The notes under the pieces: model-generated
Seen by the model: the letters and a program-made list of their open reading frames with translations, nothing else
What the model was told of the DNA's origin: nothing
Databases searched by the model: none
Program-made: the position numbers and the translations under genes
Assembly (NCBI RefSeq): GCF_009914755.1
Contig: NC_060926.1
Length of the DNA: 64,000 bases
Source: the human T2T-CHM13v2.0 reference genome, Homo sapiens
Strand: one strand, 5' to 3'
Shown here: one piece after another, positions 30,036 to 44,748 of the stretch
How positions within the stretch are numbered: position 1 is the first letter of the stretch
Layout of the letters: the number at the start of each line of letters is the position of its first letter

Positions 30036-30389
30036 TCAGACTAACAAAAGCTGAATCTATTGTTAGTAGAAAACTTTACTGCAAAAAGCAGTAAAGGAAC
30101 TTCTTCTGTAAGCTGACCTTGACATAAAGGAAAGAAAACCAACAGAAATGGTAAATATATAAATAATTGTAAAAGATTGAATCTCATGTTTCCAATGAAA
30201 TGTTTAAAGGCAAAAGTAAAATGTATTGTAGGACTTATAATAAAGGTGGAAAAAGAAATTATGGCAATGATTGCACCAATAACAGGAGGGAGCAAATGAG
30301 AGCAAACTGTTTTAAAACTCGTCTAGGCAAAGTGGTATAATTAAAAGTAGACTGTGAAGTGTTAAATATGCACATTTTAAGTGCTGGAG

Positions 30390-30594
30390 GAATGGTTTTC
30401 AAACTTTGGGATACATCAGATTCACCGAGACAGCTTAATGAGACAGATGGCTGGGTCATATCAACAGAGTTTTTGATTCAGTAAGACTGGAAATGGGCCT
30501 ATGCCAAGGCTAGAGAAACAAGGCTGATAAGAGAATATATCAGCTAATATTGATGGACTATGAACCACACTTTGAGAATCACCACCCAAGAGCA
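30390..30594. mobile_element. MER5A-like hAT-Charlie element
   Basis: Ends ATGGTTTTCAAACTT and ACCACACTTTGAGAATCAC; internal CAGATGGCTGGG..AGAGTTTTTGATTCAGTAAG. Confidence 0.75.
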
Positions 30595-32027
30595 ACCTCC
30601 AGTAGCAGAGATAAAATGGAATATTTCACAATACTACATACAAATGAACAAAGAAGAGGAAGAAGAAAAGACCAAAGAAAACATGAACAAATAGAAAACA
30701 GAAGGAAGAATAGTAGACTTAACAAAGTGTTAAGTGATAACTACATTAAATATACTCAAATTAAAAGACAGAGATTTCCAGAACAGATAACAAAGCTAAG
30801 CCCAATTGTGTGCTCCACAAAAACTCATTTTAAATATGAAGATTCAGATAGATTAAATGTAAAAATAGACAAATAATAAAATAGATTAAAAGAAAGAAGA
30901 TGGATTAAAAGAAAAAGGTGGACAAATCACAGTAATATGAAAATTTTCGTATTTTTATATTATGATAAGAAAATTGACCATTCTTGAGCATTCATTATCA
31001 TAAATGTGTAAGCATCTAACAACAGCTTCCAAATACAAAAGCTGACAGAACAAAAGTAAAAATAGAAAACTCTACTACTATATCTTGTTTATACTATATC
31101 ATAAGAATATAGAAGACTTGAATAACACTCTCAAACTACTTGACCAAAATGACATTCATAGCATATTATATTCAATAATGACAAAGTACACACTATTTTC
31201 AAATACACATGGAACAGCAACCAAAATATACTATATTCTGGGTGGTACAACAAGTCTCAATAAATGTAAGATAATTTAAATTACATACACTATATTCTCT
31301 GACTAAAATAGAATTAAACTATAAATAACAAAAACAAAAAATATACAAATATTTGGAATTTAATGCATTTCTAAATATTTCATGGTTCAAAGTATAAAGC
31401 AAAAAGAAATTTAGAAAATATTTTGAACTACATAGTAATAGAAGAACAATTTATCAAAATTTGTGAGGTACGATTAAAGTAGTAGAGTAAAATTTGTAGT
31501 TTAAATGCTACCTTAGAAAAGCAAAAATGCCTGAAATCAAGAATCCAAATTTCCCCTTTGAGTCTAAATAAATGAACAAATTAAACCCAAAGTTAGAAAA
31601 AGATAGGAAGTAATATATATAGGAACAGAAATCAATGAATTAGAAAACAAAGAATGGAGAAATACTAGTGAAATTAAAAACTGGAAATTTAAAAACCTCA
31701 ATAAAATTTGTTAAAAGTAGAAGATATAAATTACCAATATCAGAAATTAATGATGGGATATTACTATTATTATAATAGTCATTTCAGAAGAAGAGAATAC
31801 TATGAACAATTACATGGCTATAAATTTGACAACTTAGATTAAATGGGCAAATTTTTTTTGAAAAATACAAATTAGCAAAACAGCACAAGAAACGGAAAAT
31901 CTAATAGCAATAATCCATTAAAATAAATCAATTTGTGATTTAAAGCCTTCTAATAAAGAAGACTGCTGACAGATACATATGTATTCACTAGTGAAGTCTA
32001 TTAAACACTTAAGAAAGTAATAATTTC

Positions 32028-32110
32028 TTTTTTTTTTTTTTTTTTTTGAGATGGAGTCTCGCTCTGTCGCCAGGCTGGAGCGCAGTGGCATGATGATCTC
32101 AGCTCACTGC
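32028..32110 (-). mobile_element. Alu 3'-end fragment (AluSc-type) with T20 tail
   Basis: T20-GAGATGGAGTCTCGCTCTGTCGCCAGGCTGG..CTCACTGC then abrupt switch to non-Alu DNA. Confidence 0.92.
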
Positions 32111-32139
32111 CAACTAGAAAATGGTGATTTCACACCCAC

Positions 32140-32360
32140 TATAGGTCAGACCTTTACCATGCATTTTACATCCATTATCCCACTTAATGTATTAAGCCAC
32201 CCTATAAAATAATTGTTAATTTCATCGTTTTAAGGATGGAAAAGCTGAGGATCAGAGAAATGACCCGTCTGTAAACACAGAACTAGAAGAAGGCACAGGG
32301 CCCATCAATATCTCTGTCTCGATCCTATAGCATCCTAATCACAGGTATCTCTGCTGCCTC
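32140..32360 (-). mobile_element. MIR fragment inside the captured segment
   Basis: TTTTACATCCATTATCCCACTTAAT..CACCCTAT..TTTTAAGGATGGAAAAGCTGAGGATCAGAGA..TCTCTGCTGCCTC. Confidence 0.65.
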
Positions 32361-32483
32361 GTACACTAGGCTATATATATAAAGGAGTCATATGTTATTT
32401 TGCTTTGCACTCATGTGGATACGTACACTAGGCTATATATATAAAGGAGTCATACGTTATTCTTCTTTGCACTCATGTGGATA
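32360..32483. repeat. 62-bp tandem duplication
   Basis: 32360-32421 vs 32422-32483, 3 mismatches. Confidence 0.95.
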
Positions 32484-32540
32484 GCACAGTCCCTGTTATG
32501 GAGTTGCTATTTCTTTTTTTCCAGTCTTTGTGTGGTATAG

Positions 32541-32892
<352 letters not shown>

Positions 32893-33104
32893 GAAAGTAA
32901 TAATTTCTACACCAAGACTCTTTCAAATGAGAAGATGTAAGTATGTTTTGTATTTCATGTTATGAGGTTGTCATTAATGTCATACCAAAACTAGACAAAG
33001 ATATATAAGTAAAGCAAATTGAAGACCAATATATTTTATAATACAGAAACAAAGTTTCTTAACAAAATGTTAGCACATAAGATAATACAATACATGAAAG
33101 TGTA

Positions 33105-33401
33105 GGCCAGGTGCAGTGGCTCATGCCTGTAATCCCAGTGGTTTGGGAAGCCGAAATGGGAGGATTACTTGAGGCCAGGAGTTGCAGGCCAGCCTGGGCA
33201 ACAGAGTGAAGCCCCATCTCTACACAAAAATAAAAAACATTAGCTGGGCATGGTGGTGCACACCTGTAGTCCTAGCTACTCAGGAGGCTCAGATGGGAGC
33301 ATTGCCTGAGCTTAGGAATTTGAGGCTGCAGTGAGTTGAGATCATGCCACTGCATTAGAGCCTGGGCCACCCTCTAAAATAATTAAGTAATTAATTAATT
33401 T
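33105..33401 (+). mobile_element. AluJ
   Basis: GGAGGATTACTTGAGGCCAGGAG, AGCCTGGGCAAC, TTTGAGGCTGCAGTGAG; highly diverged. Confidence 0.9.
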
Positions 33402-35659
33402 AATATACATAGGAAGTCCTAATAAATCTACATAAAAGCTTTTAGAACTAAGAATGAGTTTAATAGAGTTACAGGAAACAAGATCAATATACAAAAATCA
33501 ATTATGTACTAAAACAATTGGAAATTGAATTTTTTAAAATATCATTTAGAATACATCAAAAATGAAATACTCTGGAATAAAATTAACAAAATACGTGCAA
33601 GCTTTGTTTACTTGAAACTGTAAAATTTGGCTTTAAAAAATTAAGGAAGACTAAAATAATGGGTACACATTACATGTTTATGAATGGAAGACTCATAATG
33701 TTAATTCTCTCCAAATTGATCTATCAATTTCAACTGAACCTAAATTCTCAGCAGAATGCTTTAAGAAAGTGACTTGTTTCCCAAGTATATATGAAAATTT
33801 AAGAAATATAGAATACTTAAAACAATTTTAGAAAAAATAAAAACAGAACAATTATACAACCTAATTTCAAGATTTACTATAAACTTATAGTAGGACATAG
33901 AAATAGACACATAGATCAATAAGAAAGAATTTCAAGCCTAAAATACACACACACTATATATACATATAGTCAACTAATTTTTAGATGCCAAGGTAATTCA
34001 ATTGGGAAATAATTATTTTCCCAGCAAATGATGCTGGAACAACCAAATATCCATATGGAAAAATACAAAGCCCAACCAGTTACCTCACACCTTAACTATC
34101 ACACATAAAAGCTAATGTGAAGTGATCATGGGCTTAAGTATAAAAACTTAAAACTCTGAAACTTTGGAAGAAAGCATAGGAAAAAATCTTTGTGACTTTA
34201 GATTGCTTAGATAGAATCAAAAAACTTATTGTTTTGATAGGACCAAAGATTTCTTAGATAAGGCAAAAAAAGTAAACACTGATAATTTGGATTTCATCCA
34301 AATTTCAAACATTTGTTCTTCAAAATGCGCGAATCAAATAGCGCTAATAGGCTATGTTCATATATTTTCAATACATACATCTGACAAATGATTTCTATCC
34401 AGAATATATACCATACTCTTACGATTCAACAATATGAAGACAAACAATGCAATTTTTTAAAAGGGCAACACATTTAAACAGAAATATAAAAGAGAGAGAG
34501 AGAAGTAAACCTGAAAAGATGCTTAAAACCCTTAGTCATAAGGAAATGTAAATTAAAACTAATACATATATTAGAATGGCCAACACCTTAAAAGACTGGT
34601 AATGCCAAGCGTTGGTCAAGATATGAAGCAACTTGCATTCTCATACATTGCTGGTAGAAGTATACCACTTTGAAAAACAATTTGTTGGTTTCCTATAAAG
34701 TTATGCATACTTTTACCATATTAACAAGTAGTACTACTCCTAGATATTTACCCAAGAGAAATGAAAACATATGTTCTCTTATGGAAACATCTGACCTGAA
34801 ATACATTGAAAACCACCCCAATATCTATCAACAGGTGAATGGATAAACAAATGTATATTGTGTTGTATTTATACAATGGATAGTATTTTACCCCACTTCT
34901 ATAAAAAGAACAAACTACTGATACATGCAACAAAACAGATTTATCTCAAAAACATATTCTGACAAAGAAAAAAAAGCCAGTCACAAAGAATAGGTATTGT
35001 ATGGTTCCATTTATTTAAATTCCTATCATAATGCAAATCAAATCTAAAATCACATAAAGCAGATCAATGATTGCCTGGGCCAAATATGTGGTAGTAGAGA
35101 TTGACTACAAACAAACAGGAAGGAGCTACTGCAAACAGAAAGGAACATTCTGGAGTGATAGAAATCTCTATCTTTGTTGTGCTTGTGGTTAATGAGCATA
35201 GATATTTATCCAAACTCATTGAATTGTATACTTAAAATGAGTTAATTTAAGTGTATGTAAATACCCTGGTATACTTTTACTTTAAAAAAGGTAACCAATT
35301 AAAGGTATAGGCTGTTTGTCAATATGAAAATATGAAATGTACTTGAATCTCTATTTTATGGTAGAAATACAGACAAAAGGACTCTAGCTCAAGTTCAGAT
35401 GCCTACATCCATCTCTGGTTAATATAACAATAGAAGGAAGTTAGCATGTCTGCCCAGCTGTCCCTTCAAAGGACCATCTGAAACAGAAATATCAAAGGAC
35501 ATCTGTGAAACAAAATTTGAGCATCTTATTTTACCTAATTAACCCAGGCTTTGTGGAAGCAACAAAGAACATGAAGAAAGATTTCTCTTCTTCCACTGGT
35601 ACCACTCAACTCCTTCAATAAAGACAAACAAAAGAAATGAAAGGAGAAGATAGAGGGGA

Positions 35660-35861
35660 AACCCAAGTTCGAATCCCAGCTCCTCTACTTACCAGCCACG
35701 TGACTTTGGTAAGGTTCTTACCTCTTTCAGACTTGCTCTTCACATTTGTGAAATGAAGACAGTGTGTAACTCACATTGTTTGGAAATATTAATGAAATAA
35801 TACATGGAAAAATACTTGGCAATATTTGAAATGTAATATGCTTATAGTAAGTGGTAGTTAT
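35660..35861 (+). mobile_element. MIR
   Basis: GTTCGAATCCCAGCTCCTCTACTTACCAGCCACGTGACTTTGGTAAG..TGTGAAATG..TAGTAAGTGGTAGTTAT. Confidence 0.8.
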
Positions 35862-37361
35862 GGAAAAAGAGGTGGCCACATAATTCATTTTTTCTTATAT
35901 CAATATGTGTTACTGGGAATTCCTGGGATTTCTAAAAAGTTTACTGTATTTTTCAAACATTTCAACAGTGCCTTTAAAGTACTATAACTTTTGCTATCAG
36001 AATATACTCAAAATAAAATATTTATATATCATATAATATATATATTTGTAAAAAATATATTTACAAATTAAAATAATACACAGAAGTTATATATTGTATT
36101 GCATTTTTTCTTTTATCTTTTGTTTCTTCTATAGAAAAACTTTTAGAAATGCAAAAAGGATGCATGGATGATGAATTTCAAGTACTTAGGGAAACCAGAG
36201 GGAACAGGTCAGGCAGTTTAAATTTAGTCTGGATTTCCTTTCTCCTGCAAAGTTTGGAAGGAAACGAGGTAACCACTTTAAATATGAGAAAGTAGGAAAT
36301 TCTTATCTGCCCTTGTGGATGATGAGACGTGAAGAGATCCATATCTATAAGTCTTAAATAAATATAATGGCTGACCATCCTCAATGTTTAAATCCTACAA
36401 ATCATCCAGGTTTATTCAAAGATGTATTTACAGTTGCTAAACTTATTGAAATCTGTTCAGCTGTTGACAGGCAACAAGCAGATGGAGTTTAGGATTAGTG
36501 AATTCAAATCATCAAGCTCACGAATTGAAAGAATCGACTCAGTGTAAGAAAAGACTGCATTGCTGAAGATAAAATGAAAGAGTAACCTTTACACACCAGC
36601 ATTTTACTGCTGGAAAGTTCCAAACACTGATGAAAACAGTTGGTTGTCCATCTGGAAAAAGTACTTAAAATTAGCTTAAATGCAGACTGCTATTTGAAGG
36701 TAACGATTGTTTTGCGTAGATGTCCATTCTGTTCACATGTAGTCCTAACACTGGAATCTCAGATACCTTGATGCTGAGATATCTTCTGTAACTCTAAAAG
36801 CTACCAGTGAATGACTTTAAAATTGAAACAGTCTGCAGGTAGTAACTAATGTCAGCAATTTATGATGAATTCAGCCTATGAAAATGCCAGATGTTAGGCT
36901 ATAAGATATATATGACTGCATTTAACAAGTTTTTCTTTTCACATAATAATTCTAGGCTTTTAATAAAGTCTTCTAATCAATAGTAAACTGCCTGACCAAA
37001 GCTATTAGCCTTAGCATTAGAAGGCTAAAAGGTAATACTATCCCAATTATATCATAGCTGCTAAGATGGCATAGAAGCAATTAGCCTGGAAATATGGTTA
37101 AATTACTTAAGTGTTACCTTGAATAAACCAGGAAGCAGACACACCAATTTCCAGAATTAAAGTCACAATGAACCCACATAGCAAGTCTATAGCTGCTTAG
37201 TAAGTCCTTTTGGATATCTTGTTCTGCCCCGGGTATATGAAAGTTCATAATCCTTTCCACAGACTTACTGGCCAGAAGGGTTATATCAAAGTAGTATAGT
37301 CTCTTCTCTAGCTACTAGAGTTCCTTGTACATTCATTAGCCAGGCACTCACTTTAGGAAAG

Positions 37362-37752
37362 GTAAGGCAGACACGTGCCCACCAAAACATCCATAGGCTC
37401 CTCTACTTTTCATAGCTTCCCTTGCTTTGTGTTGCAGCCATGTAACTGGGTTCTGGACAATGGAATAGGAGTGGAAGTGATAAACCACATGGCCTGACTG
37501 TGAACATCTCCTCATGATGGGCTCCTCCAGCCCTTTCCCTTCTGTGGTAATGCCAGGCAATTAGACAGAAGCAGCCTAAGACTCAGAACTCACTTCTTGG
37601 AGGAAAGACATGGGAGAAATACCCAAGACACAATGAGTAGCATTGCCTCAGAAAAATATCAACATCCTCCTTTTTGTTGTTATTGTTAAGCCACTGGGAT
37701 TTCAGGATGTACTTGTTATTGCAGCATAGCCCACCATATCCTGACAAATACA
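37362..37752 (+). mobile_element. MLT1 LTR (MLT1I/J-like)
   Basis: GCCATGTAACTGGGTTCTGGACAATGGAATAGGAGTGGAAGTGAT..TGTTAAGCCACTGGGATTTCAGG..TTGTTATTGCAGCATAGCC..CTGACAAATACA. Confidence 0.8.
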
Positions 37753-37929
37753 GAGCTAATAAAAGTGTCTTTCTGTTCTACAATAACACAGCAGGCAATA
37801 CTTTTGGTTCCTTTTTATGCCTGATGCATTCCTGAGAGACTTCTGTTATAAAAGAGAACCTTGCTTAATATTCAACCAACAAGAGGATTTGGATGTGTAA
37901 GAGTAATTTCAGCCACTTTCAAAAATTAA

Positions 37930-38150
37930 GAATAATATAACCTTGCATTTGTGCAGCATTTTCAGCCTTTTTCATAACGCTTTCAGTACAAATCTTTACA
38001 ACAGCCCTAGAACGTTTTTGTGGATTTTTTAAGTATGTAAAATTCCAATTTTATGATTGAACAAAGTGTGTGACAGCAGGATTTTAAGTGAGGTGTCCAG
38101 TCACCCAGCTAGTCAGCAGCAGAGATGAGACAGGCTGCTGCCTTTAGTCC
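37930..38150 (-). mobile_element. MIR
   Basis: AATAATATAACCTTGCATTT..TCTTTACAACAGCCCT..CCAATTTTAT..GTCACCCAGCTAGT. Confidence 0.6.
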
Positions 38151-39019
38151 TTTTGTAATCAAGAAATGCTGCACGCTTGCAGGCCTGTTGCAGATTTTTA
38201 CAAGCTTCACTTTTAATAACCTTCCTCATTGCATTCCTGACTTATTACCTCCCTGGATCCCAGCGCTCTTATTTATATTCAGACTCATTCCGGCTCCATA
38301 TCCCGACGTTTATGCTGTGTTTACTGTGTTGTCTCCTAACTAGAGTCCATTATCTGCTGAAACAAGAAGGACGTTCACGAATAAAACACATCTTGCCTGT
38401 AGCTGCCAGACTAGTGGAGCCCATCACAGGGGGCAAAGATGTATCTCTGCTGCCAGGGGTAACCTGCTGTTTTCATATAAGCATCCCCTTTGGTGAAGAA
38501 CTGGCTCCAACACTAGGAGAGGGACTAGAAGGCTTACTCTAGGGAAGCATGCCGAGCAACTTTACAAAGCCTCACTTCCAGGCAAGCTTTGCCCCCTGGC
38601 CAGGAACCAGGCCTCAGGGTAGATAACCCCATTCACCACTGCTGAGTAGACCCTGCATCAGAGAGGTTGCACGTGTAGTCTTGACTTAAACAGAAGAAAG
38701 ACTTTAGGAAGGTGGCTGGAAAACACTTGACCTAAATGGACTACTTGGAATCTTTAACACAGCTCAAAGCCAGGCTCAAAAGCTGTCCACCACTTCCTAC
38801 CTGGATTGTGATCTTGCCCATTTAAAATAAAATAGCAGGGGAGAGGGCTTGCTTAGGCAGTGCAGGGGGGCCTGGAGAAGGAGCTGCACACCAGGGGATC
38901 GGCTCTCACCAAGAGTCATAGGACAGGTTGAGGCCCTCCTTCCTCCTTTCTGCCAGGTATTTCTGGCCATGACAGAAGATGGTGAAACATGGGCTGAAAT
39001 GTAGGGATAATGTACACCC

Positions 39020-39290
39020 TTTTGGCTATGAAGTCAGACAATCACCTTTTCAAAATCTGGCCCAGTACTTAATAGCTGGGTGAGCTGGGTTAAGTTATTT
39101 AACCTCTCTATGACTTGGTTTTCTCGTATGTAAAATAGGGAATAAGAATGACTACCTTTGCTGAGTTAAGGATTAGCTATTATATATACAAATGCATATA
39201 TATATAAATGTATATATATACACACATACACATAGAATGCTTAGTGCAGCAGAAGGCCTGGCCTATGATTGGCCCTCAGTAATAAAATGA
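39020..39290 (+). mobile_element. MIR with inserted TA/CA simple repeat
   Basis: GAAGTCAGACA..TACTTAATAGCTGGGTGA..AAGTTATTTAACCTCTCT..TGTAAAATAGGGAATAAG. Confidence 0.7.
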
Positions 39291-40864
39291 TTCTGTGCTC
39301 TTGGTCTGATTTCTCCCTCCCTACCCCTGTGAAAACTCCCAATCCCTGAAACAAACAGGCCTTCTTTGAATGGATCTGAAGCCTAGCACAGTGCCCAGCA
39401 TTTAGTAAGCACTCAATATATATTCATTGAACTGAATTGAACTAAATTGTACCCAGAATTTTATATACATAGGTGATTTCCTTGGTTTATTTTACTGGTT
39501 TCTATATTCCTCTAAAAAATAAGTTTGACTTAGCCCTGCCTAGAGCTTGAGTATCTTCGCTGCATTTATGAAGTGTTCACAATTTTTTGTGTATGAGTCA
39601 TTTTATATATGATCCTGTGTTTTCATATAAATATATTAATACTATGGTGCAATTTAAAAAAAAGACCAAAATGGATATTACTATCTAAAGCCATGCACTT
39701 TGGACTGGTATTCTGAAAAAAAGTGGGAGAGACTTCCAAAAAGTCTTTAGTGTTATAGCTCTATGTGGAAGAAGGTTGATAGTTTAATGCTGCAGAATAT
39801 GTCATCTATGCCTGTCATGGGATCTTAAGATTAGAAGGGAACTTAGAGGTCATCTAGTTCTACCCCTACCCAGGCAACGTCTGCCAGCTCCTATCAGGAA
39901 ACCTATGAACAGCTCCGGCTCCACAGGCTCTGGCACCAACCCCAAGTCAACCGCCAGGCCCCGGGGCAGCAGGTGCCCACAGCTAAGGGGGAGCTAATGG
40001 ATCTGTGCAGACGGTGTTGACCACTGCTCATGAAGGAGTCCTGCCGGGTCCTCTTCATCTTACAAAATTAAACAGGAATGTTTGAGGTTTATTGAATCAG
40101 ACGTACTCTTAGGGCATAGAGCCCTAGAGTGTTACATATGCACATATGTACCTCCAAAGACTGAGATGCAGTTATACCCACAGGGAGGGGACTCAGTGGG
40201 CACAAAGCACAAATCACAATGTAGTTCACAGACAACCTTCTATTCCTGGAGGTCACATACAGTCATGCATTGCTTAACGACAGGGATCTGTTCTGAGAAA
40301 TGCATCCTTAGGAAATTTCATCGTTTATGTGAATGTCATAGAGTGTACTTACACAAACCTAAGTGGTATAGCCTACTATATGCCTAGGCTATATGGTGTA
40401 GCCTATCACTCCTAGGCTACAAATTTGGACAGCATGTCACTATGTTAAATACAGTGAGCGATTGTAACACAGTGGCAAGTATTTGCATATCTAAACACAG
40501 AAAAGTTACAGTAAAAATACGGTAATAACAATTAAAAAACAGCACATCTGTATAGGGCACTTAACTATAAATGGAGCTTACAGAACTCAGAGTTCCTCTG
40601 GGTAAGTCAGTGAGTGAGTGATGAATGTGGAGGCCTAGGACACAACTGTATACCACTTTAGACTTTCTAAACACCATATATATATAAGGCTACACTTAAG
40701 TTATACAAATTGTTTTCTTTAATACTAAATTAACCTTAGCTTTTGTAAATATGTAATTTTTTTACTTTAGAGACTTTTTACTATTTTAAAACTTTTGGAC
40801 TCTTTTGTAATAACACTTGCTTAAAACATGAACACATTGTAGAGCTGTACAAAAATATTTTCTG

Positions 40865-41178
<314 letters not shown>

Positions 41179-41259
41179 TTATTATATAAGTTTTATATAT
41201 TTATTTATTTATTTATTTATTTTACTTTGTAAACTTTTTTGTTAAAAACTAAGACACAA

Positions 41260-41560
41260 GGCCAGGCGCGGTGGCTCACACCTGTAATCCCAGCACTTTG
41301 GGAGGCCGAGGCGGGTGGATCACGAGGTCAGGGGATCGAGACCATCCTGGCTAACACAGTGAAACCCCATCTCTACTAAAAATACAAAAAATTAGCCGGG
41401 CGAGGTAGCGGGGCCTGTAGTCCCAGCTACTCGGGAGGCTGAGGCAGGAGAATGGCGTGAACCCCGGGGGGCGGAGCCTGCAGTGAGCCGAGATCGCGCC
41501 ACTGCACTCCAGCCTGGGCGACAGAGCGAGACTCCGTCTCAAAAAAAAAAAAAAAAAAAA
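41260..41560 (+). mobile_element. AluY (AluYe-like)
   Basis: CpG-rich; GGGCGAGGT, GAACCCCGGGGGGCGGAGCCTGCAG; A20 tail; 16-bp TSD AAAAACTAAGACACAA at 41244-41259 and 41556-41571. Confidence 0.93.
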
Positions 41561-43299
41561 CTAAGACACAAACACTCATTAGCCCAGGCCTATACAGGAT
41601 CAGGATCACCATTATCACTGTCTTCCACCTCCATGTCTTGTCCCATTGGAAGGACTTCAGGGTTAATAACCCACACAAAGCTTTCATCTCCAATGATAAC
41701 AATGCCTTCTTCTGGAATATTTCCTGAAGGACCTGCCTCAGCTGTTTTACAGTTATTTTTTATATATAGAAGCAGGAGTACACTCTACATAGTGATAAAA
41801 TATATAATGTAGCAAATAAATAACCCAGTAATACAGTCATTTATTATTAAGTATTATGTATTGTATGTAATTGTATGTGCTATACTTTATAAGACTGGCA
41901 GTGCAATAGGTTCGTTTACACCAGCATCACCACAAACACACAAGCAATGCATTGTTCTACAATGTTCCCACAGCTAAGGTATCACTAGGCGATAGGAATT
42001 TTTCAGTACATTTTCAGCCTATGGACCACTGTAGTATATGCAGTCTGTCATTGATCATAACTTTGTTATACAGCGCATGACTGCCTTCCTTTTTTAAGAA
42101 CATCTGCTTTGATTATTAACCTAGACTTCATGTACTGCATACTTCTGTTGTGAAAATGTGTCTTCAGGCAGGCATTTGTAGTACCTGCTTTATATCTTTG
42201 GGAGCCAGTGGGTGGAAGTGGCATTAAATCCTGCAAATGTAGGTAGTCGAAGGCCTGGTCCAGCCAGTGACCCAGTAAGTACATTAGTCTGTCCCTTGAA
42301 TGGCTAAGATTTAGCTTCTTCCTCAGAAGAACTAGACTTGGGCCATGGCTGGTCCCTTATCTGCATGACTAAAGGTCTCATTTACATTTTAAATCACTGT
42401 TGTGTCATCGGGTTCCATTTTGATAGCTGTGAAGTACATTGAAAATTTTTCCTCTGAACAGTAAATAGTTTACTTCTCAAACAGCATAATTTTTGAAGCT
42501 TTTATTCCATGCCATGACTGTGTTTAAGAAAGCTGTCAAGTTTTGGAATTTCGTGGAGAAATGTGAAGTGGCCTTTGTAAACTGCAGAGGAACCTTCTGA
42601 GGCCTGACATTTTGAAGGTGATGGCTCTATTTACATATACATTGTCCTTCCAAGGAAATGCTGTAGGTTTAGATTTGGGATTACTGTAGGAGGCCTTATC
42701 TTTCTTATGTTCATGTATGCATTCATTCATTCACTCACTCACTCATTCATTTTTTCATTCCAAAGAGTGTATGGTTTCGTCTTTGATATCTGGGGAGGTC
42801 AGGCTCCTGTCCTGTCATGGAGGAAAGAAACAGAAGTCAGGAGCCATGGCTGCCTAAAGTCGAGTCCAGGTACCCAAGTAAATAAGCAACATATATTCTT
42901 AGCAATTATGAGTATCTGGACTCCTTCCAGAGGCCGCCTCAAGAAAACCAACTTGCATTTCTCCCCATAGTAAGACTTTGGCTTTGACCTCTGCCTGTTG
43001 GCTCCTTGGCTTGAGTTGCTGAAGCTAGCAAAGCTCTAGGCAATTTGTTCTCGCCCTTGGCTCGAGAAATAGCGCTAACAAGGGGAGGAGGCTGGGAGAG
43101 GAGGGAACAGGGTTTCTGCAAGCACCACTTCTAGAAAGAAAAAGCTAACCCTGCACCCAGTACCTCCCATGGCTGCCAATCCAGAGCTGCTGTAGCGACT
43201 TTAACTACCATGGTCTGAGCTGTAAGGACATCACAGACCCTGGGCTAAGAGCATAGAGGTGGCAACCTATGGGACACTCACACCCACCCTGAGAGGCAA

Positions 43300-43435
43300 A
43301 TAGCAGTGTCCTGTTTTTGCAGATGATAAAACCGAGGACACAAAGGGCACAGAGGTCACCCAAGTCCCTCTCGATTAACAGGTGTCTGGGTTGGGATACA
43401 AAGCAATTGCTGGGCCACAATACCTCCCTCAGCCA
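43300..43435 (-). mobile_element. MIR fragment
   Basis: CCTGTTTTTGCAGATGATAAAACCGAGG..CAGAGGTCACCCAAG. Confidence 0.5.
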
Positions 43436-44748
43436 GCTACCATATTAGAAAGAAGCCGGGAATGGGAGCCAGGGCATGCCTGAAATTGTTACCCTTTTGT
43501 AATTTCAGCGGGGTTAGAGTATGTATTGCTTGTTTCCCCATTTCACTTCCACATGGTGATCATGAGTAAAGGTCATCGGGCCTAGGGCTTATGGTGCCTC
43601 CCACACTGAATAACCCCAAGGGATATAATGGAGCTAGAGGAAGTAAAAATAAAAATTAAAGACAAAGACTGAGTTAGTGGATCACATTTAAAGAAAAAAG
43701 CAGTGTTGGACCTGGATTTAGGAAAAACCTCCAGGATGCAGCTATCACAAAGGTTCTATGTTTGGCCACAAATGCCTGAAAGTTTGATTTAAGCACAGAG
43801 GACCTCAGGTGAAAAGAGTGAGTAGCTTAAACCTAAATATAAGTTATGGATTTGTTCATTGTTTTCCCTCATTTGACCTACTTCAGTTCCTCTTAATCAT
43901 GAAGTATACATAGCCACGCACCCAAGAATGGGAATATACATTGAAACGGGGAAGAAAGCCTCTGGCCATTGTTCATTCAGTTCATTCAGCGAGTACACAG
44001 ATCCTGAGTCCCATTTCCATGCTAGGGGCAGGCTCAGCGCCCTCAAGGATCTACAGAGAATCTTGTATCTGAGAAGACAGAACTCCAAAGCAGAGGCGTG
44101 CAGAGGGCCAAAGGCTGTCACACACGGGACAGAAGGCACCGTCTTCAATGTCCACCATCTTTGATCCTTGGTCACTGAAGAAGAGGCTCACATTTTCAAC
44201 TCAGCTATGCAGATCTCGCAGGTAGGAGTGGAGAAAACCAGAATGCCAGTGCGCTGCATGAAGCAAGAGCCAGGAAGAGAGGCTCAAAGCCCGCACCTTT
44301 CTGTGACTAGTAGAAAGCAGCACACAGGGCCATTTCCAACAGGCCACAGGTCCACAGATGGAATAAGGTTCATACTCTCAAAATAATCTGGTCATAGATG
44401 TCCCAGGAGATTATGGTAACTATTACTTTTATGTATTTTTTAGTCACATAGAGTGACAATGGAGAGATGAGATCTGCCAAAGGATTCATCAGGACAACAA
44501 TATTTAGTGTGGGTACTGAAAACTGAGAAAGAGCGTATGGAGAAAGGAAAGGAAGGTATTCCAAGTGGAGAAAATCATGTTTGCAAAGGTCAAGGCGGTT
44601 CCCCCTCCTGACACTGGGGGATGGGGAGCTCCTTCCCTCAGGGCCACCACAGATAAAGAAAGATTCCACTAGGGGTTGGTACCTCAAGATGTGTTTCCAA
44701 CAATAATACTGACAATAAAATAGATGTGATTATTTTTCTTTTGCACAG

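Noticed and set aside
43897-44386. Overlapping ORFs in slightly GC-richer unique DNA as coding exons
   Set aside because: No recognisable protein similarity or consistent splice frame
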